From contig OZ249439.1 in the NCBI GenBank assembly GCA_965235115.1, forward strand, positions 12,524,001 through 12,588,000: 64,000 bases of DNA, in the 5' to 3' direction. Position numbers and translations under genes: made by a program. The notes beneath the pieces are model-generated. The model ran no database searches. It had not been told where the DNA came from and saw nothing but the letters and a program-made list of their open reading frames with translations. Below are positions 51,401 through 64,000 of the stretch, piece after piece (the stretch's first letter is position 1; every line of letters starts with the position of its first letter). This DNA is from Laetmonice hystrix. Its lineage: Eukaryota.

Positions 51401-54400
51401 CTAGCCATAAGGTGCGAGTAATTTATGCTTTGATTACAGAGAGAATACGCCGGCATAAGGGGTGCTGTGCCGGTACTTGGCTACAGAGATGCTAGGCACC
51501 AATTCATCCAACCCCAATTGGCTCTCAGGCAGATCAGGCTGGGGAATCTGCCAGGACGATTCTAGTGGATAATATCATTCAGCAACACCCATAATCACAA
51601 TGTCATTAGTTAAAATGATGGACTACTTGATATCTCGCTGCCTCAGTTTCTCCAACTGATCGAATTGAGAGTGTGCCAACTCATCTTTCTATTCATGATG
51701 ACGTTTAAATACACTTAATCTATCAACTGTCTTCACTTGGAATGAACAATTTATTTGGTTAAAAGAAAAACCGAAACTCTACAACAGCTATTCTCATATT
51801 ATAAACAACTCCACTATCACACCCCGCACACACTCACAAAGGGAGAGAAAACAAAACGATAGCACAATTAAAAACAGTTTGGAACTTAAGAATTTGTTTT
51901 ATGACGTCTGAATTATTGTCGTTGAAAAAATGCGGATAGCTGGGCAAACGTCTGATGTCGGCTGACAAGTCACTGTATGGGACTGTATACTTATCACAGC
52001 GACTCTCAAAGCTGATTTCTAGACATTTTACATCAGTGACCATAGATCATACAACGCCTGGACGCGTTCGTTCCCATTGTCTAGACATGGTATAGCTCTC
52101 CTCTTCGAATCTCTGAAAGATAACAAATTTATTAAATTTCTTTTCAAACTAGAACCTGGAAGTGGAAAATTCTAAGGGACCATTTTCAAAACATCATGTA
52201 CGAGCTGCACCGATGGAATGAGACAGAAAAATGAAAGTCAATGCAACCAAATTCTAGCCGTAGGGCAAGCTCAGGACCTATCCTCAAAGATATCAGTTCT
52301 CCTCGTGTTATAGCTTAATATAAAGTTACTGCTTTAGACTGCACTGTTAACAAAAGTCCATTTCAGGATACGAACCAGTTAGTGTTTTACCTCAGTGTAT
52401 AGAAATATAATACAGTTGACTGACATGTATACGAGCCCTACTGCGCAAAATAAGAACGAAAGATATTATCTTCTAACGTAGCTCAGAAGTTTTACTTGAA
52501 CTTCCAAGTCTTCAGTAAGATTAAAATCATAATGTCAAAAGTCTAGACCTACAGCGTTCACTCTGGCTGTTCCTCCACAAATCTGCCTTCAGTTGGAAAC
52601 GTTGACTATCTAAAAGTTGTTACCAGATTATCACAGGAATGAAAGCCACGTATCATTCTGGATGAAACTCGCTCTATATGTGGCGGTGGCCGCAGAAAAG
52701 ATATGGTGCTCAACCAAACAGCTTTCATCTTGGATGAGGATGTCTCCTTGGAAGAACCTTGTGCCGCTCTATAATTAATTAAAGATGATGGAGTGAGAGA
52801 ATTACCCGACAATCACAAACGGGGATCTGTGACAGTGTAAGGGGTCCAGACACATACTACTCTGTCCTCGCACTGTCGCTAAGATTAGTACTGTTTTATC
52901 AACGCGTTTGTCTGCCGTGGAGACGAGCTAAAATCATGCTAAAGAAATCAGGACGACCTATGTCGCCAACTTCAATGACATTGGGGCAACTAATTCTTTT
53001 CATCCAACAAACTTTAAAAAACATATCTACCATCGCCCACTGGGCGCAGAAGTTTTAATTTCCATGTCTGCTTCAAGAGGTTTGTTGTCCTAAAAAAGTG
53101 GATCTCCATCATTACCCCAGCAAGTAAACAACAACTAATACACCAAAGAGACTGAGATCAAAGATCTGGAATACCAAAATGAGACAAACAGAGCCAAGTT
53201 TCAAAAGGTCATCGGCCACTCCTAAACGGAATGAAGTCAATTCATTGATTACAGTTACTTTGGCCTATGTTGGAGTCTGATCTCATTCTGGTTTACAAAA
53301 TACAGGTTTTATATACGATGCCAAATACTGTTTAACACTGCGTTATAGTTAGGAGATATTGCCGACTGTAGACACTTAATTCAACACATTCCACATCCCC
53401 TAGCCGCCGCGTGCCTTTGGTAAACTAGCTGTCTGGCAGTCAATTAGGACTGAGTCCCACTCGCAGTTCCATGAGTACAACATCTCGCCAACACATACCT
53501 TCAGTGACAACAGTGCCACGCTGATTGAAAATCCCATCACACATAGTATCGGCAAAGATCAGAACGACAGGGGGAAATCAGTACCTGGCACTGACTAAAC
53601 AAATTCTCTCTATTGACGCCTACCGTCATGTCAGTACCCTCATTACGGCAGTCTAGCTGTCAGTAGTTTGGATTTAGAACTATATCCTTTACTGATTTAC
53701 ACGTAACATATGAACTGGAAAACCTGCCAGCCTTTTATAATTCCCTCTTTTTACTTGAATGAAAGACCATAACAAATGGTACATCGCTCTGATAAAACTT
53801 GCACGGAACCTTCAAACAAGGCGATTTTCACCGGTTATATCATGGACTAAGTGACACTGTACTACACACGTGCTGGTACACTCATCTATTTTCTGTCTCC
53901 GCAGGTAAACTAATGGGAAGAGTTACATGTCCTTGAACTAACCTAGCTTCTGTCAACTTGGCCGCCCTAACATGAGGTGTTTGATCCTCGTAGAAGTCTC
54001 GATCAGTATGCCCTCCCAAACATCTATGTCCCCCTGTCCTCTCAGGACATGGAGGTGGTGCCACTATTACCCTTTGCAGAAACAGTGAGTCTGAGATCAA
54101 TGGGAACAGTCTGCTAAATCAACCACTGCCATGCCTTTGACAACCGTGAGGCCTTCTTACGGTTGTTATCAAAGTATAACGAGTTGATTTTACGTGCATT
54201 CCGACAGAATGGGTAGTTACAAATACGACTCACCAGGGGAATACTTCAGGTAAAAGTACTCTAATAGCCAGTTGATTATTCTCTGTTGTATCGGCCGCAA
54301 AATGTCATGTAAAACTACACACAAAGTAATCTATCCTCAACAAAGAGTAAGTGAGCTGCTTATTTATGGAACGAACTTGCACGTTAACCATTACAGTCAA

Positions 54401-57400
54401 AATCAGCTAACAGCATACGAACCAGATCGATTTCACAGGAAATACTTAGCTTCAGTATGGGACACTTTAAACCTTTCTAAATTTGGAAACAAAGCTAAAA
54501 GAAGGTTTCCCCACGGGAAGGGATATATTGATGGTGGGTTACTCCCTGTCTGTCTGCTGGCCGACTGCCACGGCCTTAACTTCTCACCACTGTGCGGGCA
54601 AACATTCCCAAGTCACACTCTGACATGGATTCCTACTTTCCCAAAAAAAATTTCCTCCTCGACTGAAGCGATCGAACCTGAAGGACCAACTCATAAAACG
54701 TTTATACAGTTGCTATAATAAACTTTAAGGTCTGATAGGTCTTTAAGTCTGATAAGAATGTCTTCTGTAACCAGTGAATATAAGCATGAAGATTACTTGA
54801 TATGTTATGACAAAGTCTTCTGCCAACAGTGAATATAAGCATGGACCCGAGCAATACCTACTACCTAAAAGACCTTGTCTGTCGACAATCCGTATATGTC
54901 ACAGTGACTGCTTCAACCCAACGTACCTATCCCCAAACGCGCTCCGAAAATGATACATTGCATTGGAAACGGTGTCTCTTTTTAAAAACGAAGATTAAAG
55001 ATTTCTAATGATTTATTCACTCTTCAGCTTGCGATGATCTCAGTACATTTTGAAGTAATCTGAACGGTTCTATTTTGTTACAAACTGAAAGAAAATAATT
55101 CCTCTTGAAACCTGACTGGATAAATCGGCTTTGATCTGCTCTACCCAAATGTCACTGAAAAGCACATCCTGACCAAAATTTAATCCCCCAGCCATGATGC
55201 TAATCACTGGAAACTTCATCTAACCAGATTATCCGGGAAAAAGCACGAAAGCCTTCAAGTTCTATGTGATTCGTTCATGCCAAAATCCTCAATTCTTGAA
55301 GACAGTATGATTAAAACTCCTAATTAGACAACTCTTTTTATATGATACAAGTAGGAGAAAATGACGAAACTATCTTGTTCTTTGGTCGTCACGTTTCGGG
55401 AATGGCACGGTTTATTAGAAACTCCTCCTCGATACCGAACTTCTTGCTCACATGTTGATGACTTCCCTGTACAACTTGAGCATATTTCTGACCACTGATC
55501 ATTGTGATTACGATATACAATAGTAACATCAAATTATACTTTCAACCGGAAGCAATCTTGATCTTTTATATATTTAATCTGTAGGCATGGTAACCCAAAC
55601 CGAATATTCGCCACGGTTCGACCGGCCCGGCAAAATATAGTACAAAAAGGTTCGTTTGTATGATCAAAATTGTTAAATCCATTCTTAAATAAGTACCTTT
55701 CAGTCAAAGCGTCCTAAATGTACCACGTGAAAAGCAGGTCCAATCTATAAAAAATAATCTGTAATAAAACTAGAGGAAAATGCTATCATTATTATCCGGA
55801 TTTATATAGTTGATATTTCTAAGGGGAGAATGCAGCGTTGAAGAGTAGCAAATGACTGATAAATCTCAGTCAAGTAATATTGATGATCCTCACCAGTTTT
55901 CTGATCCACAATGTGTTATAGAATCTAATGCAGCTCTGCAATAAACTATGAAACCTTGAGTCCAACGTCATAAATAAAATCTCTCGTGCTGCCAGCTGAC
56001 AAGTCAATTCTGCTAGGAGGCATTGCTTGATTAGTTTCTTATATTAGACATTGAAGGCACATTGCCACTTAAAACAGTCAGAATTGCCACATGTAAACCG
56101 ACAGAACATAAACATGCAGTTTTGTTATCTTGTTCGCTTGATTTTGACAAACAAGAAAGATCAACATTCTATTGAGATTATTTCGATGTGCATGCAATCA
56201 AGAATATATTACGACAGGCGACAGACACAATTGCAACACTGGCAAACAAGTAAAATACTATTGAGAACAATTAAAAAATTCCTTAGTCCTTATCAAACAT
56301 TCAAATCTTTTACTCGCACTCCAGCTTTACTTGTACAATTCACTAAATTTTAAAACGAAGAACCTGTTAACATTGTTTGAGTCTTAATGGGAGATTTTTA
56401 AAGGCATAACCTGTATAACTGGACTTGGATATCAATGAGATGATAAAATTGGGAAATGTGATAACGGGACAATCACCGCGGAGTAAAGTACCTCCCAGTA
56501 TATCTTCCTCCCCTCCAGGACCACAATCAAAATAGAGTATTCATCACTTTACTGCCCATTTCATTCTGGGGAGCTAGCACCTCTGACCCAGCAAGCATGA
56601 TGTGCCAATAAAACATCTAGCAATAACAGACGCATTCATGCATGAATACACTCCGATCCACACCTGGCTTGAGGAGAATAATATTTCAGTAAAGTTGATA
56701 ATGTCTGCGAGTATGTATGGCTGTATGGCGAGGTTAGGATTGCTGGACAAGCCAGAGTAAACACATAAAAATACAATCATGGCGGTAATGTTGTCAGTCA
56801 ATTGGACATCTCAGCATGGTGGCCTTTGCCTTCCGGAGGAAAATGGCAAGGCACGTCCTCAGAATGACCACGCTCCATCTGATCAGGCCAAAATTATTGG
56901 GTCAATCTATGGTGAATGACATTCTGCCCTGATTGAGGTCGTTTAAGGCTGCACTGGAGTAGGTGGCCATGATCCCCTGCCGACCAAGCCAACATGTGAA
57001 CGAAAAATCACCAGGCCGCCAGCTGGACTATAAAACTCTCTCGGACGATCATCACTACACTGATGAAAAACTGCCTCCGAGCAATACATAAATTACAGTC
57101 AAGTAAAACTGTTGTGTTCTAAATATTCAGTAAATCGAAAAAAATAATTAAAGTTTAATCGCAATGGATGCGATACGACTGAGTGGGGATATTTACACGA
57201 CGAAGGGATATTTAAGAATACCGAATAGGTCGGTGTCATATTATTAATAATAACCTTCAAATAGTTCTAGAGAGGGTGGGGCAACACCATGATTTGGACT
57301 GTAAGACAATATGTTCTATGCATGTATACCTATAATAGGAGCATCTTTACCAATACGATACATGGTTATGTTACAATTCCAAAGATCTCATCAGACAGGG

Positions 57401-57828
57401 TCCATCCATGTTTTAAGTTTGTAATAAATTACACAGCTGAATTCCGTTGATTGAATTAACATGTACCCATCATGCATCAAAACACTTACGGCTCCTTCCC
57501 CCAACAGTGATATAGAATTTGCATATCAGACCACAGCCGACTGTTCTATAATATTACATTATTGTGGACGGGTTCAGAAAGCTCGTCATGGAACACATGG
57601 GTTTTTTTAAATACACACAATAGAATATACTTATATATTCGGCTACATGTCGGTCAGATCGTTGTTTTCCTACTTCCATTGTGACCAACCTCCTGGTATT
57701 TGATGTACTGTTTTATCATCGTCATTAAGTGGACTTCGCCACTGCGATCTCAAATAGCTTATAGCTTTAAACGCCTTCTGGGCCCCGGGATCTCTGTTGC
57801 AGTACCCTACTTCCCCTATACTACTCAC

Positions 57829-58065
57829 TGATTGCAAGTCGCCAGCCAGCGGCAGCAAACCACGGCTGACAGCCTGCGAGGCTGAGCCCGTGGTGAAAGG
57901 CTGGTCAAGATGATGTGAAAGTGACCGCTGCGTCTTGCGACACTCAACTAATGGGAAGTTGCCATGACGTTTAAAGGTAGGATGAAAGGCAATGCTAAAG
58001 GACCAATAGATCTGATCACTCGGCTCTCTCGTCTCTGCCCGCCCAATAATGACGTCTTTCCTCTC
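57829..58065 (-). CDS. Candidate 237-nt phase-0 exon; ERKDVIIGRAETREPSDQIYWSFSIAFHPTFKRHGNFPLVECRK...LPLAGDLQS
   Basis: Lies within ORF 57670..58080. Strong donor TCA|gtgagt but a weak AAG acceptor. Length is exactly 79 codons. Confidence 0.22.
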
Positions 58066-61000
58066 CTTATTTGCAGCCAAGGAAAAGGACCGAAAAAGAA
58101 TTCCAGAAGCCTTTTCATTACAACTTCCTAGTGCAGAAACTCTTGAGATTAAGTTGTATGCCTATGCCTCTCATGACTTGGGTATCAGAAAGGCTAATAG
58201 AATAATTCTCCTGATTACACAGAACATTTACTCGTGCCTTCGCTAACTACCTTAAGCCATGCAACAAAGTATTTATCCAACTCTGATGAGAAGTCGGTCC
58301 TTAGTGAATTACTGGAACTAATATAAACTAGCACACCCTTGCATTGGCACTAGGACTGTAAGACAGCCTAATACCTGTGCAGATTAATTGGGCCGTGGGT
58401 GTCGCTATCTAAGATTTACGGTTTATAGGATTGACGCATTGCATGTGCTGCATGATGACCTGAATCTGATAAATGCCACAAGAGCGCAACCACTCTACTG
58501 TGAGGCAAGTTTCCAACATACAAATTTTACTCTCAAATGTTACTGAAATATTCCCATCATTCAGAAATTGATAGTTCCTCGCCTCAATACATATGTGCTT
58601 CTCCGTTACACTTCTCCTGCTTCAATTTTCTGTTGTTCATAAGTAAATAAATTATGTTTTCCTGTGACTTTTTACTTCTTTCGTATAAAGGTCAACAGGA
58701 AATTAACTTTCCTTAGGACATGCATACATAAATACAAGAGGATCACGTTCCCTGTTATTATTATCTGGCCCAACAACACTGCGTCAATGACGTCTTAGAA
58801 AATGCCTTACTTATCTCCACCTTCCCGAATAGATAGAAACACGCCGGCCACCAAAACAAAGTAAAAAAGTACAAACCTGTGGCAACCCGTATTGACACCT
58901 GTAGCTACGGCATCGGGCGAACGGAGCAGGTACGGCCCGAGTGACCGAACAGTCGCCTCGAATGTCAAAGGATAGACTCGGATTCTCAGGTCTCTACAAG
59001 TAGTAGGAGTCGTCTAACTCGTGTCTTATACACATGAGGTGGCCACCAGCACCTATGGGCAACACAATGCCTTCAGTGTGGCCATCCAGGCCGGTAACAA
59101 TGTCTGCAGTCGTGGAAGGTCTCTACAGCACTGCGAGGACCGTGGTCTTCCTACCATCCGCACATGTACAATCACCCCCTACTGTGTCTGTTCAGAACAC
59201 CACTCCCTACGTGGGTCGGTTTTCAGATCGACGACAGCACAGGGTCTCGTTAGCATCCTTGCTGCTTGTCAAACCTGCCCCAATGAGTGACCGGAGACTT
59301 AGGCGATAAACCCAGCGGGGTCGATAAGCCATAGATCAGACTGCGACACGGCCACAGGCACGAGTTGCAGCCACTTCAACTGGCCAGCCGGGGACAGAGC
59401 AAGCAGTGACTATGGACAGCCTCCTCACTATAGGACAGCTCCAGCGTGGGTCTCAGACACCAGCTCCTCGCATCCAGGCATGTGATTCCCATGCAAATCG
59501 GCCCGCCCCATGTGGTAACATGAACAAACGGCTGCCAGTCAGACACGATCCGATTTCTTTAACAAGCTTGATTCAGTTCTTGTGTGCATATCAAGTATAC
59601 ATCCGATGATAAGTCTTTAATATCATGCTTGTATCACATACAATTTCAGAACTGTACTATAGAATGACACGACAGGGACCTAATTGACATTGAAGAAATT
59701 AAAGCGATCACTTATGAATGCTTTGGTGTATCATACTGTGAACTGTTAATGCAAAGAGAGAATTTTCTCTCCCGTGATACGTGGGTAGGATGAATGAGAC
59801 GAAAGACCCATGGCCTTTTTTTAAAGAAAGTAATCAGTGCTTTTCATGAAAATAATTTTTGGAGGACTTGAGGAGATGATATAAAATTACATCGTTCTGA
59901 CACGTCTCTCATGGAGAAAGAAACATTTTGTCCGGAGAAACGGCCTCCCCCCACCTCCACCCCTGTGGCTTTACTTCTTTCTTTTAATCCGTTCAGCATA
60001 AATCAGCAAGGTATCACAAATTCGAATTGCCTCATCCAAGGGCACTACAGAAGTATGGGTGATAAGAGCCCGGCAAGTAAGCCATAACCGTTACTTTGAA
60101 CTAATATGAGTTCCATCAATGTCTTTATGATCGGCTGATTTACAACCACCTATACCATCTTCAAAGCTGCTGTCTGGGACCACGATCCTCTCTTCACAGC
60201 TTCTTTCATGACCCTGGCCTATGGGCTCACCGAGAGGAGAATTAACCAACCAAGCTAGGCCATGTCCCTCCAACAGTGTGATCACGCGGCATCAAGCTGT
60301 GAGGAAGCCTTGAGAAGGTTCATCCTAGAGACAACTATGACAGCATCCTTCGCCACTCTCGGTGGTCCCCATGGGAATGGGGTGAGATGATTCCTTACCT
60401 CTTCCAACTGATGGCCACAAATGTACCCGAATGGGGCTCTATTCTTTAGCTGACAATACCCGCTTCCTTCCTGCAGCCCAAATATGCTTCTTTTCGCTAC
60501 TAGTGGAGCCGGCTTTTCAATCCCAATTGTCTGGTACCGCAAAGGGGGTAACCCAGCCAGAAATAGTGTTTTAAGGAGCCCACTCCATGCCGGTTGAGCT
60601 GATGTGAGGTATGACCTAGATCATGTCTCATTGTGGCCAGCGTCGGGTGGGAGGACAAAGACGCATTTAGCTCAGCAGAAAGACGTAGTCGTTCCCGTCA
60701 GTTGGCACGGTTATCACGACTTCCTCCCATTAAATTATTACCACCGCCTCGTGTAAGCACTTTGTAAAATGAATATGTCTACTCTTCACACTGACAGATG
60801 GGTAAGCTGTAAAACGTGACAAGCTGTTGGCTCGAGGCAGCAGTGTTTGCATACGTAAAGACACCTCGGATCTCTGCCAGTTCCTGACGAGAGCGTATCA
60901 CAAATACTATCTGAAATCAATTTTAAGGAATTATGTGCTGCCAATTTCGTCGTTCTCATCGGCTTGAATTGTTGCTACTGTTGTTCCTCTCCCGTACAGT

Positions 61001-64000
61001 ACGTTTATTTCACGACTGAATAAAAATATAAATCAGCTAATGATTGACACCAAGCTCCCGGCAGATTTAAATGTGAAAAGGTATTGATTGTGAGGCGCAC
61101 CCAGGAAGCAGAACAATGATAATGTATTAGGGATGATAGAGGGTTTCAATAACAATCAAGTTAAATTCTTCAAACGCATTTCAAAATTACTAGTTTTGCT
61201 ACGGAACAAAGGTTCGCCTGCCTTATTAGTGTCAAAGCCTGAAATTTTAAATTGAAGCCGAAATCCTTTTCGCGGTAAGATTCAAAGGTTCCAGTCCACA
61301 ACATCTCAAGCCCATCCCCCTTGTAAAATTAAGCTGTTGGGGATACTAGGCTCGCGTTTCCTAAGTCGGAGAGGCTGTGAATCAGAGACACAATGCCGAT
61401 TCTTGGAAAGTCAAAGGAAGGGATATAGAGATGGCGGGCCAAGATTTCTGGTCACTTTCCAAGCCACAGTCTGTGATCTAGAGCGAAGACCCAGGATCAA
61501 ACAACTCATGAATTGTGGCTGCAGTGATGTTAAAAGTGTGGTCACTGAATGAAGTCGACGTTAGCCTTAATGGGACCGACCCCACAGGGTTGGCACAGGT
61601 GGACGTTTGAAACCCTGCCAGGTGAGCAAGGCATTGGTGAAAGGCACTCATACTGGGGAGGCCTTGAACATTTCCTACCAGAGGAAACCTGTGTCATTTA
61701 GCATCTACCTGTTACCAGAGGACGTCAATCAATACTCAGCGGTTGGTCTCTTTAATCTGACTGTTCTTCAACGAGCACTAATGTATCCCCAGTTGTGTTT
61801 TCCATTATCAAAGTAGTTCAAAGTTTATTTGCAATCAGAAATATATTAAGTTTTTTTTCTATGCGACAATCTTTGGCTTTTGGATATTATACAGAAACGC
61901 TAACACCTTTTGTAACTGCTTAGAAAGTCCAATAGCCCTTAACGGAATGCGGAATGCGGAAAAGACACAGTATCAAATTCATCCTCCATACTAACAGTGA
62001 AACTAAAATAGCTAAAATACTTAATATTATTATACTTCAATTTAAAATATCTTACCTCTCACAATGTGAAAACAATGGTGGCCCGTTCCATGCCATTTAC
62101 CGTCCTCATTTGTCCGCGTCGGGACACTCTGTCGTATGACTCGCACCTAAAACAGAAAAAAGTGTGTTCTTTTCTTTAAATCCTTCGGCAGACGACTAAC
62201 CGTGATTGGATATCAAAACATTTAGTGACTTTGATAAACTACACCTGTATAAGAGAATGGAGACCTTGGAATTCCTGCCATGTATGACGTGAATCAAATA
62301 GCACTGAGGGACACAATACATGACAGGTTCTCCAGTTATCCTATCTCTTACAACATTGCCGTTCCAACGTTGTCTGGGGTTTGGCTGATATGAGTAGCAG
62401 ATGAGTTAAACAAGGACAGAGGTCAGGTGCATGGTCAGTGAGTGTTATCGATATCACGGTTAATAACTGTCCTTTTCCCGCCAGGCGCCACGTCTGAAGA
62501 GGTTCATACTCAGTACCGGGGTTAGGGGTCTCAATATAGCCTGTGCCAAAATAACCTTGTTTTTATATAATTTAAAACCAAATATTAAATTAATAGAGTT
62601 TGACGACCCCAAGATATATTAACGTTCGCACCGCCTGGACAAGTATGAGCGTGGATTAGTGCGAGACCGTTCCCTCACTGTCATCACTTGATTGACTTAA
62701 TAAGTCCTAAATCCCATCTGATATACTCCTTTATAGAAAAAAATAATGAAGCCGAATTTAGGGTCTGATAATGATTACCCTCACGACTAAAAATGACTGT
62801 GCATAATTTAACCCAGTGAGAAATTCGGTTAATGGCCGATTGTTAATAGAATACACTCATTGTAAGTTCAGTTTGCGATACCGACTATCATATTTTACCA
62901 ACTGTTAGGATCACATTTCTGTAGTCGTATGAACTCCCCTCTTTATGGCATGCCTATATTGGATTTTATTCATTTTCTAAAAGAGGTCAATGTAAACAGT
63001 GCAATCATAAATACATCACTGGAAGGGGAACCCCCTGACGTGGCAATCCAGTGAATGTATGAGTCCGATTCCGTGGTTTTCTAGCAGGACCTGGACGTCC
63101 GTCCCATGACAGTGAGGATGTACTACGACTTGACGTCTATGTGTCTCCTCTACACGTCAGTCCCGCCAGCTTGGCAAGGCAACATCAGAGGTTCTAGTGT
63201 CAACTAGTCGTCCTTGTAATCCCTCGCCTTCCCAGAGGTCCCCGGAATATTTCAAATGCTTCACAGAAACGGCAATGACACTTGATTTATCTTTGAGCAG
63301 CATTTCCGAGTATCTTGGAGAATCTCATTGAGTGACCTTTTGAAAATCTTCCGGTGAGGCCAGCCGTCTGAGTGGATGTCTGACTCAGTATTATAACTGT
63401 TCGGAAAACGTTTCTAATACCTGCAGATAGGCTTCGACCAATATGTAACGGGGGTTTTCCATTAACAATGAGAGGAGATGGAGTGCCACTTAAATTTTCC
63501 ATATTCGTGCCATACTTTATTGACCCCCTTAACCAAAATAATGTCTTTTGCCTATCGAACAATTTATAACTGCCACCTCAATAAAGGCTCAGTAACGTAC
63601 CGCGAGACTTACGTCTCAGTCGCCGTCTGCTCAACTTTGACCGAATGTATAAATATTTCTGTAATTCTCAAAATAATATCGACTTATCGTAACTGCTTTA
63701 AGAGCCTAAAGTCTTCCAGACATCGTAGATTTGCAGCATGAAAAACCTCTTTATCGTAAATCATCTATGTGTCTGCCTTGCCCATAAATGTGTCCAGGAT
63801 ACTACTTTGCAGCTTCTAAGGGGTACACATTTGCCAGGAGTTCACTCTCATAAGAGGATTATATTTGGCTAACTTTAAAAATGGCTGCATCCGCACTGCA
63901 TGTGAGAGACATTTAGACATAAGAGGCCACATGGTCACCATCAGCACAACTTCATATCACAACAAATGTTTTCAAACACGAACTTTCCGTACATTATTAT

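Noticed and set aside
54272-54718. 148-aa ORF with a P450-like EPDRF word
   Set aside because: It lacks the FxxGxRxCxG heme motif and has no ATG or splice context.
54723-54843. Short local duplications (about 17 bp and 29 bp; similar ones at 35896-35925 and 41237-41263)
   Set aside because: They are real but look like ordinary slippage duplications with no further structure.
57670-57705. GGWSQW, similar to a TSP1 repeat start
   Set aside because: It is immediately followed by a stop and there are no downstream cysteines.
60667-60720. tRNA A-box-like tagctcagcag
   Set aside because: No B box or cloverleaf downstream.
63088-63155. Exon-like piece reading SEDVLRLDVYVSP, similar to the carboxylesterase SEDCLYLNV motif
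   Set aside because: The invariant Cys is missing and no other esterase exons were seen nearby.

Overview
This window is eukaryotic DNA, most likely from an invertebrate animal. GC is roughly 40-43% by eye (not computed), and long poly-C/poly-G runs, minisatellites and MITEs are present. It reads as mostly intronic or intergenic. I found no intact long gene, operon, rRNA, true tRNA or CRISPR array, and no protein that I can name with confidence. The well-supported features are structural: four tandem arrays (30-bp, 66-bp, 97/83-bp alternating and 90/93-bp units), a TTAA-flanked Kolobok-like MITE with long TIRs (27239-27669), an 813-bp modular foldback element with two internal perfect hairpins (43974-44786), a tRNA-derived SINE with a Deu/Nin-like core (about 29023-29210), and small palindromic MITE remnants. 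Most ORFs in the supplied track are chance ORFs or by-products of these repeats. Several splice-site-bounded exon candidates lie on the minus strand (1-60, 2647-2691, 21307-21381, 29982-30113, 57829-58065). Several coding-like segments, most with high GC3, lie at 20096-20446 (+), 32331-32713 (-), 37011-37241 (+) and 37539-37870 (+). All of these are low-confidence and need RNA-seq or homology support.
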